From Candidatus Saccharimonadota bacterium (GTDB taxonomy: Bacteria; Patescibacteriota; Saccharimonadia; Saccharimonadales; JAQGHD01), in the NCBI GenBank assembly GCA_028288965.1, contig JAQGHD010000019.1, positions 25,202 to 89,201 on the forward strand: a stretch of DNA of 64,000 nucleotides. The letters run 5' to 3'. A program made the translations under genes and the position numbers. Below the pieces are notes generated by a model. The model was given only the letters and a program-made list of their open reading frames with translations. It searched no databases and had not been told where the DNA came from. Of this stretch, positions 48,770 to 57,330 are shown in pieces. Numbering within the stretch: position 1 is the first letter of the stretch; the number at the start of each line of letters is the position of its first letter.

Positions 48770-49582
48770 ATGCTTGATGTACAACCCAGAGACGGCTTAA
48801 TGCCAGGTTATGATAATTCGTTCGACAATGAGTCGCGATACGATTTGAGTCAAGAAGAACTTAATCTCCTAGAGACGGAGCTAGTTGAAAAAGCAAGAGC
48901 TATGACGGACCAAGAGTTCTGTGTCGCGTGGGTTACCCCAACTAGTCGGTTTGCTAACTTTATTCGCACCAAAGAAGTAAAAGAATTCCCTGAAGCAGCT
49001 GAAGTTGATGACTACTACGATAACCATCAACTATACTTGGCCTTGATAGACCTGCGGGGCGAAGGTAAGTTAGTTCATGCAGCTTCAATAATGGATTTTG
49101 ACGATCATGCTTCTGATCCCATGGAAGCAACAGAATATGATGAAAGAACAGGCTTTTATACCATTGATAGTTTGATTGCTCGCGGTAATTTTACAAAAGA
49201 TGAGTTTGTAGCTTATTACCAGGCACAAGGGGCAGATCTTGGCTCATCCATCTCAGTAGAAGTCAATTTTAAGATTCGTAAATTAGTAGAGCCTTTCTTG
49301 GGGTTGGGGACTGCTGATCTTGCCTACTTAAGCATATTTAACGCACTTATTGATAAAGGAGCTTCCAGAGAAAACACAGTAGTGTTTGCGTCTATCAATG
49401 AGCAACAAGCAAAATCATTAACGCGCAACGGCTTTAGGTATGCCCCATTAATGGATCGAACAGATTTTGATACAGAAGAGGGCGAGCTGGGTAAAGATTC
49501 GCTACCCGTAGCTATTGATTTTTCCAGCGCATACGATGTACTCGCTCCCTTACAAGTCAAATTAGCAGAAATCCACGTCTAG
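48770..49582 (+). CDS. Hypothetical protein, possible GNAT-fold (LuxI/FeeM-like) acyltransferase
   Basis: GGAGG RBS. Pattern DDYYD..LYLALID...HAASIM, LAYLSI, VFASINE..KSL.RNGF resembles acyl-synthase GNATs (by eye). Confidence 0.45.
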   Translation: MLDVQPRDGLMPGYDNSFDNESRYDLSQEELNLLETELVEKARAMTDQEFCVAWVTPTSRFANFIRTKEVKEFPEAAEVDDYYDNHQLYLALIDLRGEGKLVHAASIMDFDDHASDPMEATEYDERTGFYTIDSLIARGNFTKDEFVAYYQAQGADLGSSISVEVNFKIRKLVEPFLGLGTADLAYLSIFNALIDKGASRENTVVFASINEQQAKSLTRNGFRYAPLMDRTDFDTEEGELGKDSLPVAIDFSSAYDVLAPLQVKLAEIHV

Positions 49583-49584
49583 TT

Positions 49585-50481
49585 TTAGGCGCCGCGACTT
49601 ATCCAATATTTCTTAAAGTATTTTGTGGGCACATAAGATTGCTTAGCCTTTTTTAAGCCCGATAAGCCCAAATCTTGTTCCCAGTTGACAATCTTCGACT
49701 TTTTTACCAGCGATTGTGCAGCTTCATTGATTAAGACTACACCAGCGCCTAAATAAACATCGTTGAGTGATTTTTCAAAATGACAGAGGGTATATGTCTT
49801 GTTGATGACTTCATGAATCGAAAATCCATTCAACTTGCCATCTATGCGGCACAAAGTAAGGTGTAAATTGAAGTGGTCAGAATTACTAAGCAATCTATTT
49901 ATGGCAATGTATTCAAGGCGAACCTTTTGTATGGGTTGTGTTGAGTGTTTTTCCCAAGCTCTGAAAATCGCTAACATCTCTTGTTGCAAGCTTGGCGTTA
50001 TTGTATTGGTTGTTGTTGTTTCTAATCTTGATCCTAGGATTTCTTTGGTGCTGTTAAAGAGATTCCTTTTGTTTTTATATTTTTTTCCAGACATATCCGC
50101 TAATTTCTTCAAAAAGTACACATAGTCAAAGCTGCCTCTATCTTCGGCAAGGGCTAATCCACCATGGTGTTTTATGGATCCAATAACTATCTCGGGCACG
50201 AGGTCGAGTTGTGGAACATCATCGAGCAGTATCCTAAGAGAATCATCCATTTTATTTGTTCCGAGTATGGAATATATAAACTGGCCAGCTTTTAAATAAT
50301 CGGGCAGTTTAATGACGAGGTTGTTATTTAGCCAAGCAATCCCTGCTCGACCGTTTGTATTCCAAGAGAACAAGTTAATGAAGCTGAAGTCTGAGTACGG
50401 CTCATACTTATGAGTGAAGTTGGTTATTTCGTCCTGAACCTTTAGATCAATAGGCGAAAAGTTTGGGTATTTTGATATCAC
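49585..50481 (-). CDS. Soluble DUF2156 (tRNA-dependent aminoacyltransferase-like) protein
   Basis: SDFSF.NLFSW, DYVY..L..GKKY..KRN, HFEK, NWEQDLGL.GL.KAK.SY.P. Confidence 0.85.
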   Translation of the reverse strand: MISKYPNFSPIDLKVQDEITNFTHKYEPYSDFSFINLFSWNTNGRAGIAWLNNNLVIKLPDYLKAGQFIYSILGTNKMDDSLRILLDDVPQLDLVPEIVIGSIKHHGGLALAEDRGSFDYVYFLKKLADMSGKKYKNKRNLFNSTKEILGSRLETTTTNTITPSLQQEMLAIFRAWEKHSTQPIQKVRLEYIAINRLLSNSDHFNLHLTLCRIDGKLNGFSIHEVINKTYTLCHFEKSLNDVYLGAGVVLINEAAQSLVKKSKIVNWEQDLGLSGLKKAKQSYVPTKYFKKYWISRGA

Positions 50482-50571
50482 TAGCGAATTATTATATATG
50501 AATATGAGCCTACATTGCTTTCAAATGTGATATGGCTTGTTCGATTTCTCTGTTATTCTTAGATGTAGCTT

Positions 50572-52767
50572 ATGCTTACCGATTTAGTAATTGCTATAGT
50601 CTGTACCATTATCATGTCCATTCTCGGACTAGTGATAGTGCTTAGAAATCCAAAAAATACGACCAATTTACAGTTTGGCTTTTTGTCATTTTCTATATCT
50701 GCCTGGTCTGTTTTTAACTACTTCTCTGGTGGGAGTTCGACTAATCGTTTAGTATTACAACTTGTTTTCTTCTTTGGGGTACTCACGGCCTATTCCCTGA
50801 TAGTATTTATGCTTAACTTCCCGATTAGTATTTCCGCGAGTCGTTTTATTAGTCGAGTTTTAACATATGCAACGGCCATTATGCTGGTTGTGGTTTTTCT
50901 CCCTGGGTTTATAAAAAACATTACAAAAGATAACATCGAAACAGGCAGTCTATATATTGTTTTTATTGTCTATGCCTTGATCGCTCTCGGTTTACTGGCA
51001 TTCTTAGCATCTGTGCAAATTAGAGCCTCAAAGACTAAAACATCAAAGCAACAAGCAAAGCTCATAGCTCTGGGAGTTATGCTCTATGCTGTGTTTGCGC
51101 TTCTGTCCAATGTCATCATCCCTTTATTTGTTGATAATTGGACAAGCTCAAGGTTTGGTCCCGTTTTTTCACTGTTGCTTGTAGCCATGGTTGCGTACAG
51201 CATTGTGAAGCATAGGCTGTTTGATATTCGATTGATCGTGGCCAGGTTTTTGGCATACGTTCTACTGCTCGCTAGTTTGACTACCACCTACGCGATCATT
51301 GTTTACGCATTTACGCAGAAAATTACTTTCAGGGGCGATCTAAGCTTTATTAAGAATGCGATACCTTTCGTGGCAGCTATATTAATTGCACTCAGTTTCC
51401 AGACTGTAAAAAAATTCTTTGATCGAGTGTCAAACAAATATTTTTATCAAGACGCTTATGACCCGCAGCTGTTTCTTGATGAACTAAATAAAATACTTGT
51501 TTCAACAATTGAAATTAAGACTTTGCTGGAGAAAGTAGCTGACCAAATAAACCTCAATCTTAAATCTCAGTTTGCAATATTTAGTATCAAAAGTACTCCT
51601 CACACTGATAGCCGTAGTGCTGGTAGTCCAGGCACGTTACGGGTAGATAGCGATGGTGTTCATGAAGTAATTACTGCCATGAGTAGCCTCAGACAAAAAA
51701 TTATAGTTGCCGATGATATTGAGGATGAAGCAAACTTAAAGAAATTATTAACTAAACATAATATTGCCATGCTTCTCCGATTAACAAGTTCTGGAAAAGA
51801 TTCAAAAGAAAGTGTTGGCTACTTGTTGCTGGGCGCCAAAAAAAGTGGCAGTCCTTATAGCAACAATGACACAAAAATTATGGGCATTATCACCAATGAG
51901 TTAGTCATCGCCATTCAAAATGCGCTACGTTTTGAGGAGATCCAGCAATTCAACCTGACCTTGCAGCAGAAAGTGGACGATGCCACACACAAACTTCGGC
52001 AGACCAACGAAAAACTGAGGCAACTGGATGAGACCAAGGACGAGTTCATTAGCATGGCTTCGCACCAACTGCGAACGCCGTTAACTAGTGTGAAGGGCTA
52101 TGTCAGCATGGTGCTGGAAGGTGACGCCGGTAAGGTGAGCAAATCGCAAAAAGATCTGCTGAATCAAGCGTTTACGAGTAGTCAGCGCATGGTTTACTTG
52201 ATTGCAGATCTGCTCAACGTCTCACGTTTGCGCACCGGAAAATTTGTGATTGACGCCAAACCTACAAACTTGGCTGATGTAGTACAAGGTGAAATCGGTC
52301 AGCTGATAGAAACTGCTAAAGGCCGTAACTTGGAGCTAACCTACCACAAGCCAGACCACTTCCCTGTGCTAAATCTGGACGATACTAAAACCCGCCAGGT
52401 AATTATGAACTTTATAGATAACGCCATTTATTACACCCCTGCCAAAGGGCATATTAAGGTGAATTTGGCCGAGAGCGATGATGCCGTCGAGTTCACGGTG
52501 GTTGATAATGGCTTGGGTGTGCCTAAAGCTGAACAGCACCATTTATTTACCAAGTTTTATCGGGCTGGTAATGCCAAAAAAGCCCGGCCAGATGGCACGG
52601 GACTGGGACTATTTATGGCCAGAAAAGTTATTGTCGCCGAAGGGGGCGCCGTGATCTTTAAGAGTGAAGAAGGCAAGGGCAGTACCTTTGGCTTTAGCTT
52701 CCCCAAGTCCAAGTTGCTGGTACATGACAGCCCCGCCAAAAATTCTCCAGCCGTTGCTACCAAGTAA
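50572..52767 (+). CDS. Membrane sensor histidine kinase (7TM-type sensor, GAF-like, HisKA, HATPase)
   Basis: About 9 TMs, FISMASHQLRTPLT, NFIDNAIYY, DNGLG, GTGLGL. Confidence 0.95.
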   Translation: MLTDLVIAIVCTIIMSILGLVIVLRNPKNTTNLQFGFLSFSISAWSVFNYFSGGSSTNRLVLQLVFFFGVLTAYSLIVFMLNFPISISASRFISRVLTYATAIMLVVVFLPGFIKNITKDNIETGSLYIVFIVYALIALGLLAFLASVQIRASKTKTSKQQAKLIALGVMLYAVFALLSNVIIPLFVDNWTSSRFGPVFSLLLVAMVAYSIVKHRLFDIRLIVARFLAYVLLLASLTTTYAIIVYAFTQKITFRGDLSFIKNAIPFVAAILIALSFQTVKKFFDRVSNKYFYQDAYDPQLFLDELNKILVSTIEIKTLLEKVADQINLNLKSQFAIFSIKSTPHTDSRSAGSPGTLRVDSDGVHEVITAMSSLRQKIIVADDIEDEANLKKLLTKHNIAMLLRLTSSGKDSKESVGYLLLGAKKSGSPYSNNDTKIMGIITNELVIAIQNALRFEEIQQFNLTLQQKVDDATHKLRQTNEKLRQLDETKDEFISMASHQLRTPLTSVKGYVSMVLEGDAGKVSKSQKDLLNQAFTSSQRMVYLIADLLNVSRLRTGKFVIDAKPTNLADVVQGEIGQLIETAKGRNLELTYHKPDHFPVLNLDDTKTRQVIMNFIDNAIYYTPAKGHIKVNLAESDDAVEFTVVDNGLGVPKAEQHHLFTKFYRAGNAKKARPDGTGLGLFMARKVIVAEGGAVIFKSEEGKGSTFGFSFPKSKLLVHDSPAKNSPAVATK

Positions 52768-52848
52768 AAGCTTTTATCTATGAGTTAATTCTCACAGATT
52801 TTCACGGTTTATTGCTAGTATTATAGGTAAAGTATTACGGAGGTTACT

Positions 52849-53994
52849 ATGCGACGGATCTTGATGCGTTGGCGAAAAACAGGGGTCGGGCTAGTGGTGG
52901 CGTCTGTGCTACTAGCGGCTGGGGCTGGAAACTTTTCACGGCCCGCTATAGCCCAAACTGGCAATCAACGCGACTGTGACAGCAACGCAGTTATTACCTG
53001 TGGGGCCTTGACCGTCGATGAGCTCAAGAGCAAATACCAAGCCAACAGTAGTGTTCAGGCCATTTATAAAGAGTTTGGCATAACTAGCCTGCAGTCCTTG
53101 GATGGATTGGTGGCTGGCTCCGTGACGCGTGATGGCCAGGTGTTGGTTAATAATAAAGTGGTAGCAACGAATGCCGTGACGGCTGGTCGGCAAAACATGC
53201 CGGGTAGTACCCCTATAGCCAACGGCGCTGCTTTTAAGCGAGCACCAAGCGTATCGTTTGCCAGTGGCGTGACCTCACTTCCGGCCCTGGTGAGTATAGG
53301 CCGAGACAATACTTTTGCTTTTGCCGTACTTACCTCTTGCGGTAATCCGGTTATGGCTACACCAGTGGCTAAGCCGCCTCAACCAAAACCTCAGCCGCAG
53401 CCCAAACCAGCACCCAACTTTACCATTACCAAACAGGTGCGGGTAAAAGGCACCACTAACTGGCAAGGTGATGTTAAGGCCAATACCAATGATCACGTGG
53501 AGTTTAAGGTAGTTATTCATAATACCGGCAACGTAAGTCTCATTAACACCCAGCTGCAAGATACACTGCCAGACGGTTTGTTTCTGGAAAGCAATAGCGT
53601 GGTCATCAATGGTCAGCATGACTCCAGCACTTTCTTCCATACACTAATGAGCTTGGGTGAGCTGAAAAAGGATGGTACCGACACCATTGTGTTCGAAACG
53701 TTTCTGAGCAATAGCGCGGTAGGCTGCGGCAAAGACCGGCTTAAAAACGTAGCCATGGCTAAGACTAGTCAGCTGCCAGCCAAGCAAGCCACGGCCACAG
53801 TTCAGGTTTGCCAGCCGCAAGTATTGGCTACTACAACACCGATTGCTACGCCGCAATCTCCGCAGTCTCCAGCTCCTCCTACAACCATAGCTGCTACGGG
53901 CGCCAGCAATCTTGTGCCTTTATTTGTCGCCACCAGTCTAGGTGCTGGCCTGGCCTACAACGTCTTTATCCGTGTTCGCCGTCTACCGGTATAA
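52849..53994 (+). CDS. DUF11-domain surface protein with sortase-like anchor
   Basis: Signal peptide, CGNP, F.ITKQV...NTGNV.L....DTLP.GL, IAATG plus TM plus basic tail. Confidence 0.8.
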   Translation: MRRILMRWRKTGVGLVVASVLLAAGAGNFSRPAIAQTGNQRDCDSNAVITCGALTVDELKSKYQANSSVQAIYKEFGITSLQSLDGLVAGSVTRDGQVLVNNKVVATNAVTAGRQNMPGSTPIANGAAFKRAPSVSFASGVTSLPALVSIGRDNTFAFAVLTSCGNPVMATPVAKPPQPKPQPQPKPAPNFTITKQVRVKGTTNWQGDVKANTNDHVEFKVVIHNTGNVSLINTQLQDTLPDGLFLESNSVVINGQHDSSTFFHTLMSLGELKKDGTDTIVFETFLSNSAVGCGKDRLKNVAMAKTSQLPAKQATATVQVCQPQVLATTTPIATPQSPQSPAPPTTIAATGASNLVPLFVATSLGAGLAYNVFIRVRRLPV

Positions 53995-54043
53995 CGTTTG
54001 GCATAAGCGATTTGCACTCAGCTTAAGATTGTTATGCTAAATA

Positions 54044-54072
54044 TTGACATTTACTCTGTTATGTGATATATT
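54044..54072 (+). promoter_or_regulatory. Sigma70 promoter
   Basis: TTGACA-17-TATATT with extended TG. Confidence 0.8.
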
Positions 54073-54077
54073 TGGAA

Positions 54078-54590
54078 CATCCTAACCTTAGGTGTGGAAG
54101 AAGTTCCGTTACTAGAGAAATCAGCGTTAGACAAGCAGAACTCCGTGTAAACGAAAATCTGCTGCTTTTACGTCTGGTTTCACCAGGAATCTAAGGATAT
54201 AGGGGTGCCTTAACAAGTTGAATCATTACAGAACAGTTATTATCTGTTAACGGATATAACCTTGGACAGACCATCTAATACTAGTACTCCTGTGATAACA
54301 GGGGTAGTTTATGCGTGCTAGGCACGCATGGCTAGTGTTAAGGCGGTCTGTCCACGGTTGAGGCATTAATTGCCTCCCGAAAGGCAGATAAGCAACTACA
54401 AAACCTATGCAAATCAAAAGATATTTCCGAACCATGTGAAATGAAAGACATCTTTGCCGATAAATTTTGTCGGCTTAGATGTCTTTCATTTCACAATGGA
54501 AATCCTGTGCTTGCCTGTATGTGGAGCAAAGGAGAAAGGCAATCTGCAATATCCCTCAACGCATACCAGCGCAATAGGAAGGAATCGGAA
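54078..54590 (+). ncRNA. ~510-nt highly structured 5' leader with boxA-like motif and leader strand
   Basis: Stems 54263-72/54345-54 and 54435-53/54477-95 (19 bp perfect), ATGCGTGC-TAG-GCACGCAT, GTGCCTTAACAA at 54205-16, 54215-35 complementary to 57085-105. Confidence 0.65.
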
Positions 54591-55217
54591 ATGCCCATCA
54601 ATGTCACTGACATTGTCACCGCCGCAGCCGACGTCGAGAAGGACGAGGACAAGGCCGCCCAGAAGCGCATCGCCGCCATCATCAATAGGATGGTTCGCGT
54701 GTACAACTCGGGTGGCAATACCACGGTCTTCGATTCGGTCGAGCTGCTCCTCGGCATCAAGCCGGGCGGCGTCAAGGAGCTCCTCACCCAATTGGGCATT
54801 ACCCTGCCCAACGAGGACGAACCCGACAACACACCGCGTGCGTTAAACGCACCCGGAGCCTCACGCAGGAACATCCACAACTGGGTGGACGTGTACGAGA
54901 ACCGAGAGGGCACTGTCAAGTCGACCGATGTCGACAAGGTCCTGGCCGGCGACATGGTGAAGATCAACGAGTACAACCTCGCACCGATCTTCGCTAATGA
55001 CGACCCGAGCCAGATCGTCGGCTACTACAAGCGACCCGTGCCCGCTCCGGCGCCTGCCCCGACCAACGACACCGTCGTGGTTGCCGGCAAGCGTGGGAAG
55101 CCCGACACGGTCATCAACAGAGTTGACTACCAAGCGAACTCGGCTGCATACCGCGTGCTCGAGCACCACCCCGATGGCACGCCGAAGCGAGTCGCCAAGT
55201 TGCCCCGAGTTCTCTAG
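54591..55217 (+). CDS. Hypothetical protein (start MPINV)
   Basis: GGAAGGAA RBS. Strong C-ending codon bias begins at this ATG. Confidence 0.75.
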   Translation: MPINVTDIVTAAADVEKDEDKAAQKRIAAIINRMVRVYNSGGNTTVFDSVELLLGIKPGGVKELLTQLGITLPNEDEPDNTPRALNAPGASRRNIHNWVDVYENREGTVKSTDVDKVLAGDMVKINEYNLAPIFANDDPSQIVGYYKRPVPAPAPAPTNDTVVVAGKRGKPDTVINRVDYQANSAAYRVLEHHPDGTPKRVAKLPRVL

Positions 55218-55357
55218 GAACCAAGACGAAAGCCCGGAAAGCTAACTAAATTTCCGAGGGGGCGTTCCGAACGAGCGGACATGCTTTGGCATGAGAGAAT
55301 GTCATGTTCTCTACGTCCACGAAGTCGTACAGTTCACCTAAGACAGGAGGTGACCAG

Positions 55358-56731
55358 TTGGTCATCAAGTTACTACTGCTGATCATGGCCGCCGCATCCC
55401 TCGCGCTTGTGGTGGTTAGCTGGAAAAGAAAGGTGGCCATTGGTCGCCGCTACCACTACTTCAGGGCACTGCCGATGACTGCGGCCGCCGCTGTGGTGTT
55501 GGTAATCGCTGCCACACTTGCGTGGTCAAACACGCACGCGGACGGCCAGACGGTTACTACCACGACCACTACGTCGTCGACCACGGTTGGTCTCCCGACC
55601 AACGGCTCCATCCCCAAGGGCGGAGTCACCATCAAGGTCAGCGACGAGGTGATCAAGAAGATCACAGTCCGTACGGCATCGTTCGACTGCCCGACGCTGG
55701 TTACCAGCCACGGCGGAAGCACGATGGCCTCACTCAACGAGACGGTTGTTGTCCCCAGCGTGAACGTGTACAAGGATGTTTCGACCAGCCGCAAGGCCTC
55801 GGACAACCTCGACACGCCACTGCCGGGCAAGACGCCGACTCAGCAACGGGACTACCTGCGAGCCCGCATCTGCGAGAACGCCCTTTTGGGTGGCTCGTGG
55901 GCGAACATGCTCGCTGGGTTGAACTTCGACGGCATTTCGGTGCTGAAGCAAAACCCATGGTTGCGCCAGTTCGCTGACGTGTCCAAGGTGAACGATCGAG
56001 CGGAGTACTACTTTCCGTTCATCAACATCAAGTCCCCCGAAAAGACGCTGACCGATGCCCAGAAGGTCCTCGCCGTCCGGCGCAACATTGCCTGGCAGCA
56101 AGAGGCCGAGCTCATCGGGACGCTCATCGGGCAGTTCCAGATCGTTGGTGACCAAGCGCCTACAAGCGTGCGGAACTGGCATCTGGCAATGCACGGAAGT
56201 GAGGTCAAGGCCCACGCGTTCCCCGAAGTCGGGCTCAACCCCCTCCAGGAGAACCGTCCGGCGTTGGTAATTCGGTTGATTGACAAGGGCGCTTGCGCTC
56301 CTTGGCTCGCAATCGGTGCCAACCTGGAAGACAAGCGACCGGAAGTCTTCATGGAAGCTCCGAAGCTCGTCTGCCAACGGCCTAAGCCCAAGCCGCGTCC
56401 TGGTACGCCTGGTTCGACGAGCCCTCACCGGCCGCCGACACACGGAACGACCACGACCACCCGGCCGGGGACGACCACGACCACTCAGCCGACAACGTCG
56501 ACCACAGTGGTTTGTTCCTCCGGCAAATGCCAGCCACCAAACACAGTTGCACCACCCCCAATAACGGCAGCGCCGTCTACCACGACAACCACGTCACACG
56601 GCGCTGGACAAGGTGGTTCCGGTACTGGTGAGTCGACAAACACGACGACTCCGTCGCCGACGTCTGTACCTTCGGGCACGACGCCGACTTCTACCGCTAC
56701 CGGCGGGGATACTGGGGCTCCGCCTCCGTAA
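55358..56731 (+). CDS. Membrane-anchored extracellular protein with Pro/Thr-rich tail
   Basis: AGGAGG RBS before TTG 55358, two N-terminal TMs, low-complexity P/T C-terminus. Confidence 0.75.
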   Translation: MVIKLLLLIMAAASLALVVVSWKRKVAIGRRYHYFRALPMTAAAAVVLVIAATLAWSNTHADGQTVTTTTTTSSTTVGLPTNGSIPKGGVTIKVSDEVIKKITVRTASFDCPTLVTSHGGSTMASLNETVVVPSVNVYKDVSTSRKASDNLDTPLPGKTPTQQRDYLRARICENALLGGSWANMLAGLNFDGISVLKQNPWLRQFADVSKVNDRAEYYFPFINIKSPEKTLTDAQKVLAVRRNIAWQQEAELIGTLIGQFQIVGDQAPTSVRNWHLAMHGSEVKAHAFPEVGLNPLQENRPALVIRLIDKGACAPWLAIGANLEDKRPEVFMEAPKLVCQRPKPKPRPGTPGSTSPHRPPTHGTTTTTRPGTTTTTQPTTSTTVVCSSGKCQPPNTVAPPPITAAPSTTTTTSHGAGQGGSGTGESTNTTTPSPTSVPSGTTPTSTATGGDTGAPPP

Positions 56732-57105
56732 GCCGCTGTAGCGACGAGTTTGCGCCTATTGCGCAAAATAGACTGGTCTCTCGCCCATCCCTCTAAGTAC
56801 GTATGCCGCTCACCCGGTGTACTTAGCTGTCTAGTAAGGGAGAAACAAAATTTCGAGCATCCGCTCGAAATGCGAGTGAGGTTCCTGGGACGTCATGTTG
56901 ACGTGCATCCTTTGGATTCGTGAGAATTCATAAAAACCAGGTCGATTTGCATTGGTCATGATCGCACCCTCACGGGTTGCTTGAACATGGAGCTGTAGTT
57001 GCGCTCAAGCTGGGGCTGTTTGGTTCGAAATTTGATCTCCTTTTGGAGACCACCTTTCGATATCAAATAGCCCCGCTTTACCCATGTTTTGTAATGATTT
57101 AACTT
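56732..57105 (+). ncRNA. ~370-nt highly structured 3' trailer
   Basis: Hairpins TTTGCGC/GCGCAAA, CTAAGTAC/GTACTTAG, TTTCGAGC/GCTCGAAA, ACGTCA/TGACGT, GGGGCTGTTTG/CAAATAGCCCC, ending in the trailer strand 57085-105. Confidence 0.6.
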
Positions 57106-57179
57106 TACCTCCGCCAAAAGCAATTGACGAAGGAGAAGCTAGGTTCATTAACAATTGAAAACAATTAAACGTAAGCATA

Positions 57180-57278
57180 TTGACATTACGTACAAGTTGT
57201 GATAAAGTAAGCTTAAACTGTGTGGTGGGTCGTTTATGGTAAGCAAACGACGCCCGGGCGGTTCATGGTCTTTAACAA
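57180..57278 (+). promoter_or_regulatory. Sigma70 promoter, hairpin and boxA-like motif
   Basis: TTGACA-17-TAAAGT (extended TG), GTCGTTT/AAACGAC hairpin, GGTCTTTAACAA at 57267-78. Confidence 0.7.
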
Positions 57279-57330
57279 CTCGGTAAGCAATAAAAGTGTG
57301 GTGGGATACATTAATTATTTAGGAGGTGTT

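Noticed and set aside
54441-54590. N-terminal extension of the 54441 ORF, and GC-rich antisense ORFs at 54.4-56.8 kb
   Set aside because: The extension lies within a 19-bp RNA stem, and the RBS and codon bias start at 54591. The antisense ORFs reflect codon bias.
54078-57105. tmRNA, RNase P, group I/II intron or retron assignment for the structured regions
   Set aside because: No tRNA-like ends, P4 motif, intron core motifs or reverse transcriptase recognised.
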